DNA of 62,987 nucleotides, counting the filler, from Rhabdomonas costata (taxonomy: Eukaryota): assembly GCA_019059605.1 (NCBI GenBank). It is 26 parts of 26 records of this genome, joined end to end, with 100 filler letters (N's around TTAATTAATTAA, not from the genome) between each part and the next. Parts side by side here need not be neighbours in the genome. Positions count along the whole stretch, not along the records: positions 12,127 to 14,454 come from JAHMHO010004024.1; positions 14,555 to 16,880 come from JAHMHO010004025.1; positions 16,981 to 19,357 come from JAHMHO010004026.1; positions 19,458 to 21,783 come from JAHMHO010004027.1; positions 21,884 to 24,208 come from JAHMHO010004028.1; 21 more parts are not named here. One strand, written 5' to 3'. The position numbers were made by a program, and so were the translations under genes. The first letter of the stretch is position 1. Every line of letters starts with the position of its first letter. The notes under the pieces were generated by a model, which did not search any database, had not been told where the DNA came from, and saw only the letters and a program-made list of their open reading frames with translations. Below are positions 12,517 through 23,999 of this stretch, one piece after another.

Positions 12517-14004
12517 CGGAGTGGAAGCGAAGCGAGACCCAGAGGGCTGTACGGAGCGGCTCCGGGTTCCATGGACAGGTTGTGGGGTCTGCGGAGAGAA
12601 AGACAGAGAGAGCGGTTGCATGACAGCGCCTGAGGGTGCTCAGCTGAGGCCAACGTTCTCCCTGTGCCCGAAGAGCATGACCACACTGGTCACACGATAC
12701 CATCAAGAACATGCCCAAATATATATGCCCAAATATGCCCAAATATATATCCCCGAACATTGGTCAGTATTTTCAGAGCCCGTTCCTACCGCTCCTACCA
12801 TCCAAGCTCCGGATGCTTCTCACAGCAGCAGCTATTCATACATGTTTCTGACAACAAACAGCGTTCCCATTGTTCCATTCATTCCCATGGGAAGCCTTTG
12901 GTTTTGGAGCGTTTCCGGCTCGCTTCGCGGCAGTGAGGGCAGAAGGGTAGCTCACACACACCGTGAAAGGGGAAGGCCCCCGGTCGCTGTTTCTCTGTAA
13001 GGGGGGGACGCTGGACCCAACCCGATCCTCGAGTATCACAGCAATTGTAAAAAAGTTGTCTCAATGTCAACCTCAGTCCTTGGTGACCTTTTCCGCACCT
13101 CCATCACCCTCACTATTGCAGGGCAGCGCTTAAGCTTTCAGACCGCCACAATGCCCTAAGTTATTAGAGTTAACGTAAAAAAAAGTCCAGGCGTAAATCG
13201 CGTGCGGAAGCGTGCTGGGCACAACGGCATTCTCTCGCGAAGGTTCTTCTTCAAGGTTTGCGAGACTTCTAATGTGCGAAGGACACTTCCTTCTCGGAAG
13301 GTCTGAAAGAAAAGCGAAGAACAATCGCGGAGAGGCCTGTTGTGTCGCCATCGTGTGTCCCTTTTGCACACAATCGCATACCGAAAGTGGGGCCATGTTG
13401 GGGGAGTTGCCCGCAGCTCGGGGGTCAGGTGGGGCCCACAACCCTACCGGGCGTCCATGCAGGGATGGACTGCCCGTGAAGGGAGTGAACTGCACGCTGG
13501 ACGCCATCGCAGAGGTGCCCCCCGAGAACCTATAACCCATCCCCGGAGGATGACCCTACTGACACATTGTGGTCTTCGAACTCAAACTTCGTCCCTGTAT
13601 CTTTTGAGGACGGCATTTTTGTGACCCGCTACAAAAAACAATACGATAAAACTGAACAGGATTCAAGGATGCTTTCTCTTCACCCGACACCCAAGCTGTG
13701 CTCTTGCGTTCACCCAAAGAATAAATGAGCGTCAACCGGGCACAACCCACCTTTTTTCTTCAGTATTCATTCCCTTCCCCCACAGAGAGGCAGGCAAAGA
13801 CGCTGCAGTCCGCAGTGAGCGTCGCTGCCCGAATATACATCTCCATTGCGCACAACCCAGAAACCTGGTATTGATAGTGATGGCACCATGATTTTAGGTC
13901 TTCAGGCACGAGAAGCCACTGAGAGTGGGGCAGGAGCAAAAAATTAAATGCTGTTGGAGACCTGTTGCCGTAGTGAGCTGCGAACCGGTCCTCCATCGGC
14001 GCAG
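12517..14004 (-). CDS. Putative uncharacterised multi-exon Ser/Pro-rich gene
   Basis: Short GT-AG-bounded segments join in phase: APMEDRFAAHYGNR|FSGGTSAM...NMAPLS|RNSDRGPSPFT|TPQPVHGTRSRSVQPSGSRFASTP. No homology recognised. Confidence 0.35.
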
Positions 14005-16980
14005 CTGCACCCCCCCCCCCACAGAAATGCAGAACAAGTGAACCGAGCGGAAGTGATCCCAGCGCAGTGGTGGTAAGGGTTGGTCAGCTGAAGCGGAGCG
14101 GAGAGGGGAGACCAGTGCCGCAGTTGCATTCATTGTAGTGGCAGCGATGTCTGAAATAACAGCCCGAAGCCCCATCGCACATATTTGGTTTTGAAGAACA
14201 ATGCGGATGCATCCACGTCACTCCAACATCTATTTATCTATCCGTTCGCGAACGGATGCACGCCCTCCTTACGCCTGTCAGGCTGTGTGTGTGTGTGTGT
14301 CTATGTGTGTGTCTTTGTGTGCTAAAAATCAGTGTGAGAGTCAAGTTCACCCCTCTGGAGAGTATACCCTCACCTCTTGCCTCTCAACTCTCCGAATCCA
14401 TGAAGAACAGGAACTGCAAACCTTGCAGGGGGCGTTGGGTAGAACGGCCTCCGCNNNNNNNNNNNNNNNNNNNNNNNNNNNNNNNNNNNNNNNNNNNNTT
14501 AATTAATTAANNNNNNNNNNNNNNNNNNNNNNNNNNNNNNNNNNNNNNNNNNNNGGTGGGTGTTGGCTAGCCACCGGTGACATATGTGGCCGCCCAGAGT
14601 CAGAGACGCTCGCTCTTCGCTTGTACACAATCTCTGGTCAGTTTGAGATGGACAAAGAGTAGGAGTCGCACGGCCGTTGGTTGCGGATCTGATGGTGCAG
14701 GAAACCATGGAAACCAAGGCCTATATACGATTATGGAAACCCTGTCTCAGCCAGGCGAAGTTAAGAGCAGAAAGCGCCACGGGGATGACATGGAGTCGCA
14801 CATCCGGTCCGGGCGGACCGGCTCTCCTGTTCCGCAGCTGCTCCAACTGATTACTTCTCATTGAATACGGGTCTACCTCGCGGAATGGAAGTCAACAACA
14901 GAACCTGATGAGACGATTGAGGAGGAAGGCCCTCCGAGCAGCTCACCTTGACTCAGGCCACCACACCGCACACTGCATAAACCGGCGATCTTACACCCCT
15001 AAGGGAGACTAAGACCCACGGTTCCGGTAGGAGTACGAGGCCTTAAATTACACTCGGGGAAACAACCGTTACGAGATCTGTTTGTGATAGTCCAAGGAGA
15101 ATCGTCTCTTGGTCGCCAGGTGGATGCGGTGTCACCAACTGCAGCTGCGCTGGAAGGCACAGATCAAGCAAGAGATGCAGCTCTCCATGGAATCTGACAG
15201 TGAGTAACAAAAATAAACGTCCCTTCGGGACGTCTCGTCCTCGGCACTGTCAGCAAGAAGGTCAGGAGGTCCATCTAGAAGAACGCTACTGGAGTTTTGA
15301 GTAAATAAAGCTTAGTGGTACAACTAGAGCGAGAGCAGCGAGAAAGATAGCGAGAAAAGCAAGCAATCCACCCGCGGGTCGCGGGGGACTCCTTACCTGT
15401 GCCGGTCATCTCGCATCACCACAGATAAACAGTACCTACCGCAAGGCTCAAAAAGACGGGACACACCGAGACTGACAACTTTGGTCGCACAATTCCACAA
15501 ACAGAGACGAAAGAGGTGCTGCTCGACATCACCTCAGTGGGTGTTTTGCCCCTTCAGCGGAAACCATCTCCCATAACCATACAACACCAACTACCACCTC
15601 TAATCACTCAACTCTTCGGTGTAACTGCCCATGACGGCTCACGCCAGAACAAGCAGCACAAGGACACGCCAAAGAAGAGCTTGAGGTTAATATGGCATGT
15701 CGATCAAATGCACAACGTTCCGAATACACACATACCCCGGATACCCCGGATGCAGAGAAATGGTTCTACGTGAAGGTGGGGCGCAAAATAAAGAACACCA
15801 CATACCCCGGTGTCAGGGAACTGACGGGCGTACGCTCTTTTGGCCACTGTGATCTAGAGAGGCGCCATTGTCCGCAGGAGCTACAGGTGCCTTGGTTATT
15901 TGTAACTGGCTCACCGCCAAATCTTCGAAATATGGTAACATCAACGATGTTCCACGGACTTTGTCGCCCAGCTGCTTTTTTCCACAGGCCAAAGGCAGAC
16001 TGCATTGCTCCTTCCTTCTCTGCGCAAGTTTGTTCCAGGTACTTCTCCACGGACAATGTTGGAAGATGCATCCCAGTGCCAGTATTGCTCTCCTGTTGAA
16101 AACGTGCTCGTATTGCACCTTCTTCCGGGGGATTTTATTTTTCGCCACGGAGTCTCTGTGATCACTTTCGTGCCTTCGGTATCTGCTTCATGAATACTCA
16201 ATACTCTCAGCAATCTTTCCATTCACTTCTGTAGTTACTATTCATCGGAAAGTCTCTATCACGCTTTTCTCCATCGCACGCGTTGTTGTTAAATTGTTTG
16301 CATCATCTTTGCGGCCATCTATAAACAAACAAATGCCATCCCAATTCCTTTTCCAGCGACACGCATGGTGATTGTGGCGTCGCGCCATGTTTTTCTTTCT
16401 TTCTTTCTTTTGTTTTATTTTCTTTCATTTGCCATTTTATTTTTTGCATTTTTCCCGGCTGCAGACGGATGCCACTGCCCCGTGTCTTATTCATGGAGCT
16501 TTGGGATATAGGTTAGGACCTGTTCCGTAGACAACGCGAAAGGAAGAGTTTTTTTTGAACTTTTTGTATGAATATAGCGCCTTCCACCATTTTCCTGCTC
16601 CATTAAACCAGAATCGTCCGCCACTTCTTCGCGTTTCGGATGCTGAATCCGACCGGAGCCTTGTGTGCTGAAATTATGGTGTGTGTGTGTGTGACCCCAA
16701 CCCGAACCCCAGAGACCTGGAGAGCCACCCATGCAGGTGGATTCGGAAACGGAAGCTAACCAGGAAGCTCCCGTTATGGAGGTGGACCGTGCCCCCTAAC
16801 GTCCCCTCCTTTGCGGGAAGCGCGCACGTGAGGAAGAGCGGAGGCCCGACAGCGCCCCCATGGCCATCAATCCCATCGAGNNNNNNNNNNNNNNNNNNNN
16901 NNNNNNNNNNNNNNNNNNNNNNNNTTAATTAATTAANNNNNNNNNNNNNNNNNNNNNNNNNNNNNNNNNNNNNNNNNNNN

Positions 16981-17005
16981 TGTTGGTGTGTTTGGGGTGG
17001 TTGGT
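16981..17005 (+). other. WGA primer remnant plus G/T-only random-primer tail
   Basis: TGTTGGTGTGTTTGG here, TGTGGGTGTGTTTGG at 48551 and the reverse complement CCAAACACACCAAA at about 19344-19357 are near matches to TGTGTTGGGTGTGTTTGG. Confidence 0.75.
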
Positions 17006-17550
17006 GGAAGTGGAGCAGTTCTGCGAGGCGTGTGCCGTGTGTGTGTGTGTGCCTTTTAGCCTTTATTTTATTGGGTGACGGTGTGAGAGGAGCATCCATT
17101 TGTCCTCCTATGCCAGCCTCCGAGCGTGTATCAGTTTACTGGTAGTTTCCCATCCCCTGGCTACCTTGGATTTTTCGGGATTTTTCGGCACTTTTTTTTT
17201 TGCAGCATATTGGACCTCTGCATGCGTGTACACCCAGCCGGAGCCTTCGGCGATAGTATACGTAAGGCAAGGGTTAGAACACAGGAATACACAGGAATAC
17301 TTCATCCTAACACCATTTTTTCACCGTTGCTGTGGGTCATACTCTGGCGCTGCCCTACCGCAGGTCTATGAGAACCTCCAAGTGCGGCAGTTTCTTATGG
17401 ACACTCGGGGTCTGCTGAAGAAGATGCTCAGGTTGCACAGCTGTTCGCGCCCGCAGCATCCACTCGCACGCGTCTTCTTCTGTGCCCCAAAAAGAAGGCA
17501 CTCGACACTGTTGGGCGTCTTGCGTGGTGGTTGTGGTTCTGTGATGCCTC

Positions 17551-17593
<43 letters not shown>

Positions 17594-18728
17594 ACACGCC
17601 ACAGCACACAGCGCCAAGGCGTGTGTGTGTGGAATGGGCAGTGGAGACGGGAGTGAAGGGAAGCACACAAACAGCAAGAGTGGGCAATAGCATCCGTGAG
17701 AGCCGCACACTGAGGCAGTCACGGCTTACGTCAATGAGGACCTGCAGGCCAACTGGGGTGTACGAGTGCGGAGGGTTAGCGCCCGTGAGAGTACTCCAAC
17801 GTGCCAGTCGGGGTTCCCAAGGCCCCGCGTACACCCACGATCGTACGTCCCGAGAGGGACAAGAACCCTGCTAGGCAGGGGAAAGTAATGTGAGACAGCG
17901 AGGCGAGAAGGGGTAATGTTCGTTTCTCAAGGAGAAAGTCCCTTCGTTCCCTGTACTCTTTTGTGGTGATTTTTTCGGTGAGCGGTGCTGACGTGAGTTT
18001 GGGTTCAAACATGTTTTTAAGGTTTTATGTTTTGAAATTGGAGACTTGCATCCTCACCCGCACATCAGCCCTTCTCTAGTCGGTCCAGCAATGGTCTCAT
18101 CTTTGCACCTGCTCGAAGAACCCTCCCTGACCTGGTGCCCAGTGTGCCGCCTCGCACGCAGGAATGTCAATATTAAGGAAAAGGTCCCCATCACGATTGC
18201 CACAGTCGGGGATCTTTCCTACGCGTGGGAGCTGATCAACACCTTCATTGACGGGATGCAGCTGCGGATCAAGAAGTCCGCTTTTTATCGTCCCTCCCAA
18301 CCCTCTCCTTCGTTTTCCCAGTGCCCTCCTGTCCCATTCAACTGTTCAAGCAAACTGCCTTGCTGGCCTGGTCTTTGCGGTGGTCAGGAGTCTGTTCTGC
18401 ACAACCTGTGGGTGAAACTGTGGGCTTATTTTTTATTCGCTTCAAGGCTTGCGCTGGTTTGCTGCATTCTGTTATTCTGTTGACAACGCAGGCGATTTCG
18501 TTTTCCTTTAGGTTGTTGTGGTTGCTTAAAAAGTTTGCATATCGTAACCTATCGCAAAAGAGAAGTGCTCTCTTCTTTTTGCTCTTTCTCACTCCATCAG
18601 CCAGCCCGCAGTGGTGATCCAGCTGCGGAGTGCCTTCCTGAAGCTTGCCACAATGCTGGAGCTTCCGCTGACTCGGATTGCACAGGCCAACTCCCCAGAC
18701 TTGCCCTCCGTCTCCCAGTACTACTCAG
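17004..18728 (+). CDS. WASHC5: Strumpellin (WASH complex subunit 5), internal exons 17004-17027, 17364-17431, 18162-18275, 18601-18728
   Basis: [38 protein letters not shown]...[11 protein letters not shown]...|[35 protein letters not shown] matches the conserved strumpellin core. Confidence 0.93.
17552..17592 (+). repeat. (TG)n microsatellite in a strumpellin intron
   Basis: About 20 TG units read directly. Other SSRs lie near 12229 (CA), 36189 (CATCG), 40443 (TTTTAC), 43940 (GCTT/GTTT) and 44828 (GTT/GCT). Confidence 0.95.
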
Positions 18729-20379
18729 GTACACCGCTAAGCTCCTCTCTGATCCTTCCCCCCTCACTCTCACAAGGACGGCTCCCGCAATGGTTCAGGC
18801 GCCTGAATATCCATCCATCCATCCATCTATCCATCCTCCTCATCCCAATGGGCGCACTTATTAGACACCTGATGAAAGCAACGCTTATGTGTTTCTTTTT
18901 GGGTGATTGGTACACCAGTGATCTGTTGACTGTTGGCAAGGTTTGTGGTGGATAATAACTGCCTACTGAAGATCAGAATAGCGATCTGCCAACACCAAAC
19001 TACCTCTGGTACGCCGGAGTGTTATTTCATTGGACAAAAAGATGCGCGAACTTGGACCTTCAAAACCTGTGCTCAACACAATGTCCGCTTCGATTTTATC
19101 GAGTGCTTAGACATGACTCGCATACCTGTCTCGGACTTGCCCTCTTTTCTGTGGGTAGTCCCTTTGCTGTTTCTCTCAAGCCACACAGGCGAGAACTCAC
19201 CTTCACTTTCTTTTAACCTTCACCTTTTTTCGGGACGGTGATTCAAATTCACATTTTTAGATCAATTTGCGTGTCACTTTTGCAGGTGCCACTGCCATCA
19301 GAGATTAGTTTTGTCTCCCCACCTCATGTTCCCCCACCAACCCCCAAACACACCAAANNNNNNNNNNNNNNNNNNNNNNNNNNNNNNNNNNNNNNNNNNN
19401 NTTAATTAATTAANNNNNNNNNNNNNNNNNNNNNNNNNNNNNNNNNNNNNNNNNNNNGGCGGCCCGCCACAGGACGGCAGCACTTTTGCCCATTGCTATG
19501 TGCTTCAGGACGGGAGGTGAGTACACGAGGGAACCGCTTTTTGATGTTCGGTGCCCTAAACCCAGAGATAACAACTGACCAAAAAGTTGAATCGAACCGC
19601 CAACCGGAACCAACCCTCAATCTAACCCAAGGTCACCAAACAGATTAAACCCGATTAATGTGATAGGGTGTCGTGCACACATAATGGCGGCGGAGGTGGT
19701 GCATACAAAAAACACAAACAAAAAAGGGATGCACCTCGGAATCATTGCTCGCGTTAATAGACGCGGGGACAGTGGTTGGCTCCGGTTGCAGTGACTCGGT
19801 CATTGGAAACGGTGACGCACAAAGAGGAAACCGGGTGGCATGGTACTGCAAATGCAAACGGAACGAACCCAGGCAGCTCAAAACCGGCCGTTCTGGACTA
19901 TTAGCTCTCCAACCCCCAAAATATTATGAACCCCAATAATCCAGCAAACGACAATATACGCATGAAGCGTGAAAGACAGCAGACCGATATCATTGTTTTT
20001 TCATTTTGTTTTGTTTTGTTTTGTTTTGTTTTACCTTTTACTCGCATCTCGTTCACCTGGAACACACGATTTCTCTCGCAACCTCCCTAACGTACCGCTA
20101 AAGTTGCTCGCGCAAAAAGAGGGGAGCGCTGCCCTGGGAGACAGAGATGACCCTAGCCCCCCAGTTTCTAATCTCGCTCCGGAAATTTGGTGTTTATTTT
20201 GGCGCCACTAAGCACTGCGCCTGAGCAAGCGCACACGAGCACGAGAAAGTGCTGGACCTTACCACTTTGTTGGTGGAGAGGCTGTAGCTTGCCAGAGAAA
20301 GGGTGGAGGTCGACTTTTTGTGGGTTGCTTCGGCGCTGACTTCACGTCCCAGCACTGATGTCATCGCCCATGTCTCTGT

Positions 20380-20610
20380 TCCATAGGTACGATAAGGCGG
20401 ACCGGAGTGAGGCAGAGCTTCGCTTTGGTTCTCTTTGGGAGAGACAGGTGGTGTTGAGGAGGCTGAAGGCAATATTCGCTTTGGTGAGCCCGCATGGTGG
20501 TTGGGAGATGGTGAACAAGGTTCACCTCACTGCAGAGATTTGTGAATGGCAAGGCTACCTCGACGACGGTGAAAGTCTTGGCCCTCATGACCACCGGAGC
20601 AAGGGGGCGC
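20380..20610 (+). pseudogene. Possible decayed non-LTR reverse transcriptase fragment
   Basis: WQGYLDDGESLG contains a YLDD motif, with a weak GVxxxxG-like segment upstream in another frame. Heavily degenerate. Confidence 0.3.
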
Positions 20611-21477
20611 TGAAAGATTGCAAGACACACAGAAACACGGCTGATCGGGCGTAGGGAGTTGACGCCAACGTGTGGCTTCCCCTTTTGGGGGTTAGGGAGG
20701 TCCGTGTGGGCCCAGTCGGGCGGAACATGTTGGAACTCCCAAATGGCTATGGTACTTTTTAGTACAGGAAAGTCACTGAAGAACGCCTAGCCCCGCAACT
20801 CGTTGGCCATAATAACGTTGTTTAATTGTTATGAAAAATGCTTTTCTATGGATTTGTTTAGATCCCAACGAACCCAAGCAACGAACGATGCATCATCCTA
20901 CTAAATTCCAAATACGTGAGTTGTTGAGAAGAGTGTTCTGTTAGGCAATTGTACAAAAATAAACAATTGCAGTTGTCCGGTTGTTGGGGTGAAGCGAAAA
21001 TTTCAAATTGGGACCTTCCCGATTGTTCTGTCCCTGTTTCCTGCCAAATTGCGGATCTCTCAACTAAACTGGTGTGATGAACGGAGTGTAAAACGTGGAG
21101 ATCAAGAATCAGGAGGAACACGAGCATGTGAAAGAAAGTTTATGCAGGTGGCTGAACGCGTTAATGTTTTGGTCGAGTGTTGGGAGTACGGACGGATCGC
21201 ACGGATGGTAGTACAGAGAGTGTTCATGCGGTACTTCCGGCGTGAGTTTCTCTTCGCGCCACCTTCCTGAGGGAAGAAGAGTGCTAACATATGGTCCAGA
21301 AAGTTCTTGAAAAACAGACGAACGGAGGCTCGAGCACGCAACAGAAGAGGCTGAGATCTCACCCATCCAGGTGCTTGGACGTGGTGAGAACGATAAGGGA
21401 AGGCAGACAGTCACATGTCAAAACAGGTGAATTGGCCACACGTTTGCATACGAGTTCTTGCATCCGATCGTGAACAC

Positions 21478-21783
21478 TTCGGGGTTGTCCTCGTCAAAAG
21501 AGGTCCTTCCCTGAAAAATGTTCATACTCCGTCCCATCTTCTTGACAACGCCGTGGACACCCTCAATCGTGTTCGTGTGCACCAAGTCACCGCTCGCGGA
21601 GCTTGTCACGAAGGTGGCCCTGTGATTCACCTGCTGGTGACTCACATGAAGTTCTCTTCACATCCTGAGCCACAATGTTGACATTTCGAACCCGGCACCC
21701 TCCTCAAACACGTTTGAACCAAAAAGTCATACCGGTGTAGCCCTTCCAGCAGTCGGTTTGAAGGTGGGCGTGGCCACTCACCA
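21478..21783 (-). mobile_element. Merlin/IS1595 (ISXO2-like) DDE transposase fragment containing a spliceosomal intron
   Basis: LQTDCWKGY, then a gtatga...ag intron, then HQQVNHRATFV...VHTNTIEGVHGVVKK. These are the family motifs (S/T)DxWxxY, HxxVNH and HTNTIEG. Confidence 0.85.
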
Positions 21784-22352
21784 NNNNNNNNNNNNNNNNN
21801 NNNNNNNNNNNNNNNNNNNNNNNNNNNTTAATTAATTAANNNNNNNNNNNNNNNNNNNNNNNNNNNNNNNNNNNNNNNNNNNNTTTTTATCACTTTCCCT
21901 AATAACTTCGCCCAGTTATTGCACCAGAATAAGACAGATTAGACGTTCAAACCAAGAAAGCTCTTGCTCTTTAGGGAAAACAGCCACAGGTCACCTAACC
22001 TGCTGGTTTTCTGCTATTTCTTGGGTGGTGTGAAAGGCGTCCAAGAAAAAGGAATCCTGTCTCTCAATCCTTACTAAAATAAAGTCATTTTCGGGGGTGG
22101 CATCAGCGACCCAACCTTTTGCGAGTCAGAATGAGGACAATTTTGATTAGTTCTTTGCTACCACTGGAAACCGATACCACTCACCCCAAAAAAAACTGCA
22201 ACTGGGCCGAAGGCCCATCTCGAGTCAGTGAACAAAAGCCCATCCCACAGCACCAACGCAGGTAATAAAGAGCTTTCCCGCCATAAAAAAAAGTGCGTTC
22301 ATATGTGAGCAGATGGGAAGGCAACTTTGTGCAGCAGGGAGATGCCAGACGC

Positions 22353-23999
22353 CGACGGGGTGAAAGCGCTGTCCTCCCCAAAGACTTTCAGCTTTTGCTC
22401 CGTCTCCAAGTAACGCTTCACGAACCCAACAGCCTTCTCGTAGTCTCGCGCCTCCAGCGCGGTGCTGATCCCCTGCCCCCACCACCATTGCCACAAAAAC
22501 ACGGAAGGAGAAAGAAAGACACATAAGTTCAGAACGAAAAAAAAGAGCCCAAGCCATTTTCAGGGAGTGGTTATTTCGGGGGTGGGGACCGGAATGTCGT
22601 AAACCTTCTCAACTTTTCTGTCATCTTTTTCTGAATGACGGTTGTTTGTGACTGCTTGCCAAAATGCCTTCTCTTCGACATCAGAATGTTGGCACGAACA
22701 AGAGAAAAGGTGGAACCACGGGGAAACTCATACCTCAAGCGAGCTGCTCTGGTCGACGATCCCTTCCACCAGCGCCAGAGCCTCCTGAGCTCTGGCTTTA
22801 ATGCGGTCGAGCTCCTTAACCCGCCGGCTGGACTGTTCTGCAAGCTGCGTTACCAACCGAAAAAAGCAGTACAAAAACATGCCCTGATATCACGTTGCAA
22901 CCATGTAAATACATACAATACATTGTAATATGTATGTATGTATTGAGGCAACAATGCGTAATCGTTTATATATAAGGGCTGAATGCACGCATGTCCGTCA
23001 ATTCAGACAAACGTTGATCTACAGACGTAAGAAATTAGTGAGAAAATGATGTGAGAGAGAAGACATTATCCATTGCCCACAACTGGGATACAGATTATCG
23101 GGACAAACAAACCTTTGCGGCTTCCCCAATGGCGGCCGCAAGGGTAGTGGCCTTCTCTTTGGTGTGCCGCAGCTGGTGCTGGCGCATGTCTTGCAGCGTT
23201 TCTTCTTGTATGTCAGCCTGCGGTGGGACGCCAAAGAAGCATTTATTACGTAGGCCCCGATGGTAAAAGGCGGCATGTTGAATTTTAATGGAAGTACGCA
23301 CCTGTTCCGAATCGAAAGAAAGACAACACGGGCACGCGCGCGTTTCATTTCCGAACCATATCATCCTACGACAGAACGGATGCGTGCTCTCCAAACGTCC
23401 ACAAAAAAAAAGAGAATGCTTGCGCGCGTGGAAGGAAGGGATTGCTGGTTAAGTTAGTTTGGTTACGTGTCTAAGAAATACAAATACAGTCGAACTGCGT
23501 TCGAAAAGGCTTTGCCCATAGTGCAACGTCAATTTGAATGGAGAGCATACAAAGCAGAAATTGAAGCTGTGCGCTTCTAAAGAAAAGGGGAGGACATTCG
23601 CAGAAAAGAGTGGGTCAGCGAACGAGAATCGAATCCTATCCCTATACACGTTCCCTGCGCTGCACCGCTTCCGGATCCGGACGATATGAAGGTCGAAACA
23701 AATTGAAGGAAGGATTGGCTATAGGGAAGCTGCATGCAACTTTTAACCCTTGCGTTATAAATATAACAACCAAAGGTATTCCTTTCACCACCACCATCAA
23801 AAGTATCCCCGCCCAACGCCCAAGCGGTGCCCTGGACCTCCTCCTTGTTGCTGATCAGCTGCCCCACCTCAGCCCAAGCTCGGCTGCGCTGCGCGTCGCA
23901 CTCCGCCACCTTGGCCAGCACGGCGGCATACCTCCGCCACTGCACCCCACCGGGCGCGGGCGCCCCGGCACCACTGGAAGGCCCCGGCAGCCCTGTCAT
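22353..23999 (-). CDS. COG4: Conserved oligomeric Golgi complex subunit 4, N-terminal exons 23999-23838, 23217-23113, 22844-22734, 22472-~22353
   Basis: LAEQSSRRVKELDRIKARAQEALALVEGIVDQSSSLE|GISTALEARDYEKAVGFVKRYL matches the COG4 N-terminal pattern (AENVSSKVRQLD...GVQTALxxxDYEQAAxHIxRYL). Confidence 0.82.

Noticed and set aside
14555-16880. Fragmentary ORFs with a faint Helitron Rep-like stretch (HVFNRRAILALGC)
   Set aside because: Multiple stops and no convincing HUH or helicase motifs. It may be an old transposon remnant but I cannot support a call.
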